Sequence record: SRR22947727_495
Length of the DNA: 64,000 nucleotides
Strand: one strand, 5' to 3'
This document shows positions 31,701 to 39,463 of this stretch, in pieces. A model generated the notes under the pieces. That model ran no database searches, was not told the origin of the DNA, and worked only from the letters and a program-made list of their open reading frames with translations. How positions within the stretch are numbered: position 1 is the stretch's first letter; each line of letters opens with the position of its first letter. The position numbers were made by a program, and so were the translations under genes.

Positions 31701-32164
31701 TGTTGTTGACGACATTGACCACGGTGCTCGGCCTGTCCCCTTTGCTTTACGAAACCTCGTCACAAGCGCAGTTTCTCAAGCCAACGGTGATAACCTTAGT
31801 CTATGGGCTTGGGTTTGGGGTGATCTTAGTATTGATCGTCGTGCCAGCCTTGATGGCGATGCAAGCGGATGTGGGCGCGCAGGTGGCGAGCGTCAAACGG
31901 GCCCTGCGCGGCCTCTGGCGTGGCCGCGGACCGCGCTTGCCCATTGTTGCAGCGCTGATCAGCCTGACCGCCCTTTTCGCCGCGACCCTTGGGGCGGTGA
32001 TCGTGAGTGGAGGGGTGCCGCAGTTTTGGATGGGGTTGCCATTGGCGGCCCATCTGTCGCCCTTGCCATTTGGGCTTGCGCTATTTTTGAGCGGCTCAGC
32101 GCTCGTTGTGTTGTTGCTTTACGCGGTGTCAGCCGTGATCTTTGCGCGGAATTTGCGGCGCTAG
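28772..32164 (+). CDS. RND efflux permease (AcrB/AcrD/AcrF family)
   Basis: GIVVDDAIVVGE, NDSIV, RLRPVLLTTLTT. Confidence 0.93.
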   Translation: MSVIRTATGGILSYMTRHRTAANLFLLIMLVAGAVSFPQMRAQFFPDVIIDRVTVSVRWDGAGPEDVDRAIVQVVEPALLGVEGVNSTSATSSEGSARITMEFEPGWDMARGTDDAQIAVDSVANQFPDDADDPKVTRGVWRDRVTDVVISGPVGVAQLALFADEFVTRLFAAGVTRTTIRGVAAGSTIVEVDSLSLIRHDVSMAQIASAIAEEAEADPAGDVAGSARIRTGIAKRSARDIRQIVLRSNADGSSLTVGDVARVTEEGVDRDRAYFVGAASAISIRIDRSDQGDAIEIQEQVQTTAAAMMESLPPDVNVELIRTRSEAISARLAMLLENGLQGLGLVLLLLFLFLNVRTAFWVAAGIPAAMAAALALMYLSGLTINMISLFALIITLGIVVDDAIVVGEHADFRARVLGESPVVAAENAAKRMFTPVFSATLTTVIAFFGLVAIGGRFGDLIADIPFTVIVVLIASLAECFLVLPHHMAHSISVGSRIRWYDMPSHFMNYLLDQFKFYLFRPFIRLVIWARYPVFAAVVVALASQAVLFINGDVQWRFFNAPERGSVTGNFAMAPGATREDSLEQMRAFQTAVEAVGAQYEEKYGRNPVDFSMAEIGGNTGRGLAGADTKDADQLGSIAVELIDADLRPYSSFAFVADLQDAVIRHPRVETISFRGWRSGPGGDALDVQFSGADARRLKAASEALQTALARYPEVSAVEDTLSYDKEELVLELTPQGQSLGLTIDTLGRVLRNRLNGIEAASFPDGPRSATIRVELPAGELTADFTDRMLIRTPNGGYVPLADIVTVQQRTGFSTVRRENGIQVISVTGDISEDDPARAQAIVAELEETVLPRIAEETQVAFTLAGLAEQEDDFRNDATRGLILTLAGIFMTLAWIFSSWTRPLVVMAIIPFGLIGTIYGHWWYDIPLSLFSVVGLIGMVGIIINDSIVLVTTIDEYSKERGLFPAIVDGVTDRLRPVLLTTLTTVLGLSPLLYETSSQAQFLKPTVITLVYGLGFGVILVLIVVPALMAMQADVGAQVASVKRALRGLWRGRGPRLPIVAALISLTALFAATLGAVIVSGGVPQFWMGLPLAAHLSPLPFGLALFLSGSALVVLLLYAVSAVIFARNLRR

Positions 32165-32955
32165 GCGCCCAGGCAGCCACGATATTCGGTGGCTCCGTCG
32201 GGCGCAAATAGCGTGGTTGTCACCCCGTCGCGCCCGATGGCCATGGGCTGACCCGTGGGGGTCATGATTTGGGCGGTGACATTCAACCGCCCATCGCGCA
32301 GCTCAAGCTTGGGCGTTTTGACCCAAAGACGCGGGTTGTCCAGTTCAATGGCCGCATTGTCAAAGGCGCGATCGGGGGATGGCAAAACAATCTTTAGCTC
32401 CATGCCATCGTCTGCTGCTGAAAAAGCGCAGGTGATCTGACCCGCGCCGGGTTTTGGCACAGCGGCGCGTGCGGCTTTAATCAGAAGGTCAACAGGCGCC
32501 TGTGCGGATAATTGCGCGGACAGATCAAGCGTAACAGGGATGCACAGCTCCCGGCACACACCGATCTCAATACGCCCGATCAAGGTGATGTCTGCAGCGC
32601 GGTCCACGGAGAGTTGCACCGGAAAAATGATCTGCTCTTCATATCCGATGTTGCGGCTGCTCCCGAGCCACGAAATTTCTGGCGTTGGGTAAAAAACCTC
32701 GAAGGCCTGAACACCCACAGATTGAGAAAAATCAAAGCGCGGCGGGATGCCACTGTCTCCCGGCTGGCGCCAATAGGTTTTCCACCCCGGCGCCATATCG
32801 AGTTGAAGCGCCGCCATATGGATACCATCCTCAGTGCGCCATCCTGGCCGCAATTCGGCCTGCAAAATATCGTCCAGATCCTGTGCGAGGGCGGCAGGGG
32901 CGAGGCAAAAAGCGCAGAGGAGGAATGTGGTGATGCGGTGCACAGTGTGTTTCAT
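32161..32955 (-). CDS. Exported protein with a DsbD N-terminal-like domain
   Basis: Signal peptide, PGWKTYWRQPGDSGIPP, CRELCIP; start ATG 32955. Confidence 0.85.
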   Translation of the reverse strand: MKHTVHRITTFLLCAFCLAPAALAQDLDDILQAELRPGWRTEDGIHMAALQLDMAPGWKTYWRQPGDSGIPPRFDFSQSVGVQAFEVFYPTPEISWLGSSRNIGYEEQIIFPVQLSVDRAADITLIGRIEIGVCRELCIPVTLDLSAQLSAQAPVDLLIKAARAAVPKPGAGQITCAFSAADDGMELKIVLPSPDRAFDNAAIELDNPRLWVKTPKLELRDGRLNVTAQIMTPTGQPMAIGRDGVTTTLFAPDGATEYRGCLGA

Positions 32956-33085
32956 GGGGTTCCTTCTAACGTATTTACGCTGAAATACGAACTCACTTTT
33001 TATTGAGCAAGCCCGTCTTCGCAAGGGGTGGCTTGGGCGGGCGGCCGGCACAATTTGGCGCAGGCCACTGCGGCGTGGAAAAATC

Positions 33086-33110
33086 CGGCCTTATGTAGCA
33101 AACGCACCAA
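33086..33110 (+). repeat. Left terminal inverted repeat
   Basis: CGGCCTTATGTAGCAAACGCACCAA. Confidence 0.88.
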
Positions 33111-33112
33111 AG

Positions 33113-33286
33113 GGCCAGCATCACCACGTGTCACCACAGCACCTTGCACAATACGCAAACCGCGCTGCACGGTTAGAAGATAACCGGCGCGTTGATAATG
33201 GTGGTCTGGTGCACAAGTTGGTTGTCAATTCAATGGAAGCCCCAGTGTCACGCAACTGGAAAGGGTATTGGCAGCGGGCGGCTTGA
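33113..33286 (+). pseudogene. C-terminal 57-aa remnant of an IS1595-type transposase
   Basis: GQHHHVSPQHLAQYANRAARLEDNRRVDNG...PVSRNWKGYWQRAA*; no start codon at its 5' end; abuts the left TIR. Confidence 0.8.
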
Positions 33287-33360
33287 ACCACAATTACTTG
33301 TGTGCACACAACGGGAACGCCGCTAGACTCAGGGTTGTGACACATGGTAAACGAAAAATT

Positions 33361-33391
33361 GAGGCGGTCAGGTCACAACACCTGCCGCCTC
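33361..33391. terminator. Hairpin inside the element (minus-strand terminator-like, or leader structure)
   Basis: GAGGCGG-T-CAGGT, loop CACAAC, ACCTG-CCGCCTC; A-run on the left gives a U-tract on the minus strand. Confidence 0.5.
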
Positions 33392-33405
33392 TATTTGCAA
33401 CCTAG

Positions 33406-33669
33406 AGCATCCTTTGCGGCGCTTGTCGCGTACCGATTGAAGGCCCCGCTAATCCGAAATCTGATGACATGTTTACCTGCCCTGAGTGCGGGCGAAGTGA
33501 CACACTCAAACACGTCATCGATTCCGCCACGGCTTACGTCACAGAACTCGCGCAACTTAGACTCCAAGAATCCATGAGGAAGGCTGCGAGGGGTAGCAAG
33601 TTAATGAAGTTCGAGGGCAAGCCCATCCCAAAGAAGACTCATCGGTTTATTACTGATCATAAGTTTTAA
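33406..33669 (+). pseudogene. Zinc-ribbon passenger ORF, probably 5'-truncated
   Basis: Frame open from 33406: SILCGACRVPIEGPANPKSDDMFTCPECG...; the first CxxC lies upstream of the first ATG (33469); in-frame TAG at 33403. Confidence 0.55.
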
Positions 33670-33688
33670 ATCCTCTACTGCTGACCCT

Positions 33689-34024
33689 TCATTGGGTCAG
33701 CATCCACAAACACCCATCATGGGCAACAGCCTCAATTTCCCGCAGCTTACGCAAACACTGATAAGCACGGTTATAAGCTGACTTGTCGGTCATATCGGGA
33801 TGCGTCTTGTGAATATGATCTGCAATCTGTCGTGTGGTCTTTGGCCCTGTTTCCAGCATAGCTAGCACCATGCGCCGTGTATGCCCGCGCCTGAGTCGTC
33901 TTAACTGGCGTACATCGGGTATCCGCAACTCACGGATCATAAGCACTGCACGGGCAAGATTGCCCCGTATTCCGTCATCGCGTTCTAAAGCCAGTAGTGC
34001 GTTGTTTAAGTTTCTATCCTGCAT
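33689..34024 (-). CDS. Basic winged-HTH-like passenger protein
   Basis: VLAMLETGPKTTRQIADHI...AYQCLRKL...GCLWML resembles a wHTH; reads inward from the right TIR. Confidence 0.7.
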   Translation of the reverse strand: MQDRNLNNALLALERDDGIRGNLARAVLMIRELRIPDVRQLRRLRRGHTRRMVLAMLETGPKTTRQIADHIHKTHPDMTDKSAYNRAYQCLRKLREIEAVAHDGCLWMLTQ

Positions 34025-34066
34025 GTCTGCATTATATCAAAGCTGCTGGTTTATGCGTCTGAATTG

Positions 34067-34091
34067 TTGGTGCATTTGCCACCTAAGGCCG
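34067..34091 (-). repeat. Right terminal inverted repeat
   Basis: Reverse complement is CGGCCTTAGGTGGCAAATGCACCAA. Confidence 0.88.
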
Positions 34092-34147
34092 AAAAAATCT
34101 CAGTGACAGCACTTGTTGTTTTGATCTTTCCTATTCATGTTCTTGGC

Positions 34148-34717
34148 ATGACTGACGCGCAGACGACTCTTGTTGGAAAACTCTTGGTGGCCATGCCGGG
34201 CATGGGTGATCCGCGATTTGAGCATTCGGTCGTCTATATCAGCGCCCATTCCGAGGATGGCGCCATGGGGCTCATTGTGAATAAGGCCAATGCGGCCTTA
34301 GATCTAAAAGCGCTTCTTGGGCATCTCGATATCCCCATCGGCGCTTTTACCCCGGAGGTTGCTGTGCATTTTGGCGGACCGGTCGAACCTTCGCGCGGAT
34401 TTTTACTGCATACGGCAGATTATGTTGGCGATCCTGATACCTTGCGGATTGACGACCGCTTTGCGGTGACGGCCACGGTCGATGCGATCAAAGATTTGTC
34501 GCGGGGTTTGGGACCAAAGACCAGTTTGTTGGCGCTGGGCTATGCGGGCTGGGCGGCCGGGCAGCTGGAGGCGGAAATTCGGGCCAATGGTTGGTTGATT
34601 TGTGAGGCTGAGTTTGACTTGGTTTTCAGCCCGGACAATGGTGCCAAATGGGCGGCGGCTCTGGCCTCAATCGGGGTCGATCCAACCCTATTGTCGGGGC
34701 AAGCGGGCCGGGCCTGA
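34148..34717 (+). CDS. YqgE/AlgH family protein
   Basis: LLVAMPGMGDPRF, GAMGLIVN, FGGPVE, GYAGWAAGQLE, GQAGRA end. Confidence 0.93.
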   Translation: MTDAQTTLVGKLLVAMPGMGDPRFEHSVVYISAHSEDGAMGLIVNKANAALDLKALLGHLDIPIGAFTPEVAVHFGGPVEPSRGFLLHTADYVGDPDTLRIDDRFAVTATVDAIKDLSRGLGPKTSLLALGYAGWAAGQLEAEIRANGWLICEAEFDLVFSPDNGAKWAAALASIGVDPTLLSGQAGRA

Positions 34718-34805
34718 CGCGGCGTTTCGGCCGATAGCTATTTCCTTGTGCCAGCGGCTTGGGTAAGACGCTGTTAATAGATTACTGCCATCCTTGGAGT
34801 TCCTC

Positions 34806-36506
34806 ATGCCCTATCAAGCCCCTGTCAGCGAATATCAGTTCATTTTCGACCAAGTGGTGCCCTTGGCGCCGGTGGTGGCCAATGAGTGTTTCTCGGAAGC
34901 GACACAGGATTTGACGGATGCGGTTTTAAATGAATGCGGTAAGATGTGCGATACAGTGATGGCGCCGCTGCAACGGCCCGGGGATTTGCATCCTGCCAAA
35001 TTGGAAAACGGCGTTGTGCGCACCCCGCCGGGCTTTGCCGATGGCTATGCGGCGATCGCCGAAAGTGGCTGGGTCGGTATTTCTGCCACGCCAGAGCATG
35101 GTGGCATGGGCTTGCCGATGGCTTTGAACACGGCGATGCATGATATGATGTGCGGCGCCTGTATCTCTCTCAATCTCTGCCCACTTTTGTCGCAGGGTCA
35201 GATTGAGGCGCTGGAACACCACGCCAATGCTGATTTGCAGGCGCTGTATTTGCCAAAGCTCATTTCTGGTGAATGGACCGGCACGATGAATCTGACAGAA
35301 GCCCATGCCGGCTCCGATGTGGGCGCATTGAGCAGTAAGGCCGAGCCGCAAGCCGATGGCAGCTATAAAATTTCAGGCCAGAAAATCTTTATCACCTGGG
35401 GTGAACATGATGTGGCAGAGAATATTTGCCATTTGGTTTTGGCCCGGCTTCCGGGTGCCAAGCCCGGTCCCAAGGGGATCAGCCTGTTTTTGGTGCCAAA
35501 ATTCATCCCCCATGCCGATGGCAGTCTTGGCGCGCGCAATGATCTGCGCTGTGTCAGCTTGGAGCATAAGCTGGGCATTCACGGCAGTCCGACCGCGGTT
35601 ATGGAGTTTTCGGGCGCAACTGGTTGGCTAGTGGGCGAAGAACACAACGGCATGGCCTGTATGTTCACCATGATGAACAACGCCCGCCTGGCTGTGGGGA
35701 TGCAGGGCGTTGGGGTGGCCGAGGGCGCCTATCAACACGCGCTGGCTTATGCGATGGACCGCAAACAGGGGCGCGCGCCCATTGCCGATGGCACTGGAAC
35801 AATTATCGATCACGCCGATGTGCGGCGGATGTTGGCGCAGATGAAGGCCGATATTTTTGCGGCGCGTTCCATTGGAGTGGCCTGTGCGATTGCGATTGAT
35901 ATGGCCAAAGCCACGGGCGATACCGATTGGCAGGCACGTGCCGCGCTTTTGACCCCCATTGCCAAATCCTTTGGCAGCGACACAGGCGTCGCCGTGGCCG
36001 ATCTTGGGGTGCAAATTCACGGCGGTATGGGTTTTGTCGAGGAAACCGCAGCGGCGCAATATCTGCGCGACGCGCGGATCACCCCGATTTATGAAGGCAC
36101 AAATGGAATTCAATCTATGGATCTTGTGGCGCGCAAGATGATGGATGGGGGTGCCGCCGCCTTTGCTCTGATGGATGATATGGAAGCGCTGGCCTCCGCC
36201 TCAAACAGTGATTTGGCCAAAGCGGTTTTGGCAGCTATTGCGCAGTTACGCGCCACCACGCAATGGGTGGTGTCCCAGGAGCTCAATGAGCGGTTTGCGG
36301 GCTCTGTGGCCTATCAAAAAGCCTTTGCCCGGGTGTTGGGCGGATATTTTCATCTGGTGGCGTCTATGTCTGGCCAAGCCAAGCGCCAGCGTTTGGCGCG
36401 GGTCTATATCAACAGCCTTTTGCCGGAGGCTGCTTCTCTGTGTGCTCAGGCGCAGGCGGGCGCGGCAGATCTTTATGCGCTTGAGCTTGATGATTTTGCC
36501 GCGTAA
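34806..36506 (+). CDS. Acyl-CoA dehydrogenase (DmdC-like subfamily)
   Basis: TMNLTEAHAGSD, GQKIFITWGEHD, EHKLGIHGSPT, QIHGGMGF, IYEGTNGIQ. Confidence 0.92.
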   Translation: MPYQAPVSEYQFIFDQVVPLAPVVANECFSEATQDLTDAVLNECGKMCDTVMAPLQRPGDLHPAKLENGVVRTPPGFADGYAAIAESGWVGISATPEHGGMGLPMALNTAMHDMMCGACISLNLCPLLSQGQIEALEHHANADLQALYLPKLISGEWTGTMNLTEAHAGSDVGALSSKAEPQADGSYKISGQKIFITWGEHDVAENICHLVLARLPGAKPGPKGISLFLVPKFIPHADGSLGARNDLRCVSLEHKLGIHGSPTAVMEFSGATGWLVGEEHNGMACMFTMMNNARLAVGMQGVGVAEGAYQHALAYAMDRKQGRAPIADGTGTIIDHADVRRMLAQMKADIFAARSIGVACAIAIDMAKATGDTDWQARAALLTPIAKSFGSDTGVAVADLGVQIHGGMGFVEETAAAQYLRDARITPIYEGTNGIQSMDLVARKMMDGGAAAFALMDDMEALASASNSDLAKAVLAAIAQLRATTQWVVSQELNERFAGSVAYQKAFARVLGGYFHLVASMSGQAKRQRLARVYINSLLPEAASLCAQAQAGAADLYALELDDFAA

Positions 36507-36515
36507 CCCCAGCCT

Positions 36516-37544
36516 ATGACAACGATAAGATACCCTTGGGAAACGCCCCCTGAAAATGGCGAGATGATCGAAATTGCCGAGGGGGTGCATTGGCTGCGGC
36601 TGCCTTTGCCGATGAAATTGGATCATGTGAACATCTATGTGCTGGATGACGGTGACGGTTGGACGCTGATCGACACGGGGATGAAATCGCGCAGGGTGCA
36701 GGCGATGTGGCAAGCCGTGCTTGACGGGCCTTTGCGCGGCAAGCCGGTTAAGCGGGTCGTGGCAACCCATCACCACCCTGATCATATTGGGTTTCATGGC
36801 TGGTTTGTTGAAGAGTTTGGCGCGGAATATGTCTCAACGCAGGTGGCCTATCTGATGGGACGTATGCTCACAATGGATATTCAGGAGCGCTATACCGAGG
36901 GTCAGATTGAGTTTTACCGCCGCGCTGGGATGCGGGCTGATTTACTCGCGGCCCGGCAGGATGAGCGCCCCTTCAATTTTTCTGACATCGTGCATCCCAT
37001 TCCCATTGGGTTTACCCGCATTGAAGAGGGTGACGTGATTGAAATGGGCGGGCGTAGTTGGGATGTTCGCGTCGATCATGGGCATGCGCCCGATCATGCG
37101 ACGTTCTGGAGCCGGGATGATAATTTGGTGCTTTGCGGCGATCAGGTCATTGCGTCCATTAGCTCAAATATCGGGGTCTACCCCACTGAGCCGGATGCGA
37201 ATCCTTTGGCGGACTGGCTTGACAGCTGTGCGCGATTGCAAAACTTTGCCCGCGCCGATCATTTGGCATTGCCCGGTCATAAATTGCCCTTTGTCGGCAT
37301 GCCCCTGCGGCTGCGGCAATTGGAGGAAAACCACCACGGCGCTTTGACGCGGCTGCGGGCCGATTTGAAAACTCCAAAAACCGCCGGAGAGGTCATGATG
37401 GCCGTCTTCAAGCGCCAAATCGGCGATGGAGAATATGGGCTTGGTCTGGTCGAGGCTTTGGCCCATTGCAATTATCTGTGGCATGCCGGTGAGGTGACCC
37501 GCAGTTTGCACCAAGACGGCGCTTATCGCTGGGTGATGAATTAG
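36516..37544 (+). CDS. MBL-fold metallo-hydrolase
   Basis: THHHPDHIG, GHAPDH, GDQV, PGH. Confidence 0.9.
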   Translation: MTTIRYPWETPPENGEMIEIAEGVHWLRLPLPMKLDHVNIYVLDDGDGWTLIDTGMKSRRVQAMWQAVLDGPLRGKPVKRVVATHHHPDHIGFHGWFVEEFGAEYVSTQVAYLMGRMLTMDIQERYTEGQIEFYRRAGMRADLLAARQDERPFNFSDIVHPIPIGFTRIEEGDVIEMGGRSWDVRVDHGHAPDHATFWSRDDNLVLCGDQVIASISSNIGVYPTEPDANPLADWLDSCARLQNFARADHLALPGHKLPFVGMPLRLRQLEENHHGALTRLRADLKTPKTAGEVMMAVFKRQIGDGEYGLGLVEALAHCNYLWHAGEVTRSLHQDGAYRWVMN

Positions 37545-37646
37545 CGCAGGCTGACGCGCGCTTTTTTGCCGCTGGGCGGGTCTGCGCGCGTGACAAATGC
37601 GGCGTTGGAGGCTAGGGAGTGCGAAACACAAAATGGAGTTGTCGCT

Positions 37647-37787
37647 ATGGCTGACCAAAAACACGAACACGGCACAATGAATACAGACGTGCAAGAAAAG
37701 ACTTTTGCAGGTTTTATGGGCCTCGTGTCGAAAAGCACAGTTGTGATCCTCGTGGCCCTGGTGCTTTTGTATCTCATAAACGGTTAA
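37647..37787 (+). CDS. aa3-type cytochrome c oxidase subunit IV
   Basis: HEHGTMN...QEKTFAGF then one TM helix; 46 aa; GGAG upstream. Confidence 0.88.
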   Translation: MADQKHEHGTMNTDVQEKTFAGFMGLVSKSTVVILVALVLLYLING

Positions 37788-37791
37788 ATCG

Positions 37792-38409
37792 ATGAGATAT
37801 GCTGCATTGACCTTGGCGCTTTTGTGCCTTGTCGGATGCAGCGCGGCCTTTAGGGGCGATGCCATGCGCGAGGCTGATCTGCCGCGTTATCGGCATTCTG
37901 GCGGCGCAAAAGTGACTTTGATCACTGTGCTGAGCACGCAAGACGGCAGCGGCGCACATTCTGCTTTGATCGTGAATGGCCAGCAGAGGGTCATTTTTGA
38001 TCCGGCTGGGAGTCTGTCACATGCGAGTTTGGCAGAGCGCGGCGATGTGATCTACGGTGCCAACCCGGCGGTTGTGGACAGTTATATCGATTACCACACC
38101 CGCAACACCCATGACACAGTGGCGCAAACCCGAGATGTCACCGATGCGGTGGCCGGCGATCTTCTTGCTCGCGTGATGGATCATGGGCCGGTGATGCAAT
38201 CCTTCTGTGCGCAGAATGTGAGCGCGCTCTTGCGCGCCACTCCGGGCTTTGAGGCCATAGGTCCGACGTTTTTTCCCAAGACGCTTATGGAGCGTTTTGC
38301 GGCGTTACCCGGTGTGAGAACGGTGCGATTCTCGCAACCAGAGGACAGGGATAAACGCACGGATTTTTACGGCTGGATCGGTCAAAAGCCGAAGTTTAAC
38401 ATTGAATAA
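37792..38409 (+). CDS. Putative lipoprotein
   Basis: Lipobox LVGC; GAHSALIVNG, FDPAGS, FCAQ. Confidence 0.75.
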   Translation: MRYAALTLALLCLVGCSAAFRGDAMREADLPRYRHSGGAKVTLITVLSTQDGSGAHSALIVNGQQRVIFDPAGSLSHASLAERGDVIYGANPAVVDSYIDYHTRNTHDTVAQTRDVTDAVAGDLLARVMDHGPVMQSFCAQNVSALLRATPGFEAIGPTFFPKTLMERFAALPGVRTVRFSQPEDRDKRTDFYGWIGQKPKFNIE

Positions 38410-38711
38410 AGCGTAACGCCGCCGGCTGCGATCGCCAGCAAGAGATTACCTTTCCAAACGCCCACCAAAAGCGTCACCAGCGCTGCTAAAAATCGCGGCA
38501 GATCAAAGGCCCCATCTGTCGCGCGCGGCATGAAAACCAGGGGTGCGATAATGCCCGGCATGACAGCCACAAGCGTATAGCGAAGATGGCGTTTGACCCA
38601 TTCGGGCAGCTCCTTGTTGCCGATGATACCCAAAAACGAAAAGCGCAGGAGCCAAGAACCAAAGGCCAGCCCTGCAATCGCAAGCCAAAGTGTTGCGATC
38701 GAAATGCTCAT
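38382..38711 (-). CDS. AzlD domain membrane protein
   Basis: Small hydrophobic ORF coupled to the AzlC-like gene. Confidence 0.82.
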   Translation of the reverse strand: MSISIATLWLAIAGLAFGSWLLRFSFLGIIGNKELPEWVKRHLRYTLVAVMPGIIAPLVFMPRATDGAFDLPRFLAALVTLLVGVWKGNLLLAIAAGGVTLYSMLNFGF

Positions 38712-39409
38712 GATCTCGCCCCCATGCGTCGCTCCACCTCAGCGCCCAAAACGAGGGCGATCAATGCTGCAATGATCAAGCCAAGCCCATAGGGTGCGGG
38801 CGCAAGGAGGAGTGACAGTGTCGCTGCGGTGAAAGCGGCAACCACATGCGGTAAGCTGCGCAGCGCTGGGGCCACTAAGGCTATGAAGGCGATGGGCATG
38901 GCGAAATCCAAGGCCAGCCAATCGGGAATGCGCGTGCCCAGCCAGGCGCCAAAACCTGTACCCACAACCCAGATCACCGCCATCAAACTTGTGGCGCCGA
39001 AATAAAAGGCCAATTTGCGGGGCAGGCTCATGTCAGGTTCATTTTGGTACTTCTGATCGGCGAGGGCGAAACTGTGATCTAAAATTGCATAGGCGACGAA
39101 GGCGCGGGTCCAAAATGGGGCGGCGCCCAAATGGGTGGCCAGCGTCGCCGAATAGAGCGCCATGCGCAGATTGACGGCCAGGCCGACAATAATCACAATG
39201 AAAACCGGCGCTTGATCTTGCATGAGCGATAGAGCAGTGAATTGCGCGGCACCGGCGATCACAGCCATGGAAAAGGCCACTGCGGTGAAAATATCCAGGC
39301 CAGATTCGGCGGCTAGGACACCGAAAACCATCCCATAGGGGGCGACAACGATGCAAAATGGCAAGGCCCCCCAGAGCCCAGCCCAAAAGTCATGTCTGGA
39401 GGATTGCAT
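38708..39409 (-). CDS. AzlC family branched-chain amino acid export permease
   Basis: AGAAQF, VNLRMALYS, LDFAMP. Confidence 0.9.
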   Translation of the reverse strand: MQSSRHDFWAGLWGALPFCIVVAPYGMVFGVLAAESGLDIFTAVAFSMAVIAGAAQFTALSLMQDQAPVFIVIIVGLAVNLRMALYSATLATHLGAAPFWTRAFVAYAILDHSFALADQKYQNEPDMSLPRKLAFYFGATSLMAVIWVVGTGFGAWLGTRIPDWLALDFAMPIAFIALVAPALRSLPHVVAAFTAATLSLLLAPAPYGLGLIIAALIALVLGAEVERRMGARS

Positions 39410-39463
39410 ATGCTTGACCTATCTGTCCGGAGTGTCATTGTATGCGCTGTATAGGAGATTTCC

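Larger units (their letters stand above)
33086..34091. mobile_element. Non-autonomous IS1595-family (ISNha5-like) derivative with passenger genes
   Basis: 25-bp terminal inverted repeats (22/25), flanks GAAAAATC and AAAAAATC, internal transposase C-terminal fragment. Confidence 0.85.

Noticed and set aside
33121-33345. 74-aa Cys-containing minus-strand ORF
   Set aside because: It is the antisense shadow of the transposase remnant; no recognisable motif or RBS.
33344-33577. 77-aa plus-strand ORF inside the element
   Set aside because: It runs through the hairpin and overlaps the zinc-ribbon frame; no protein-like features.
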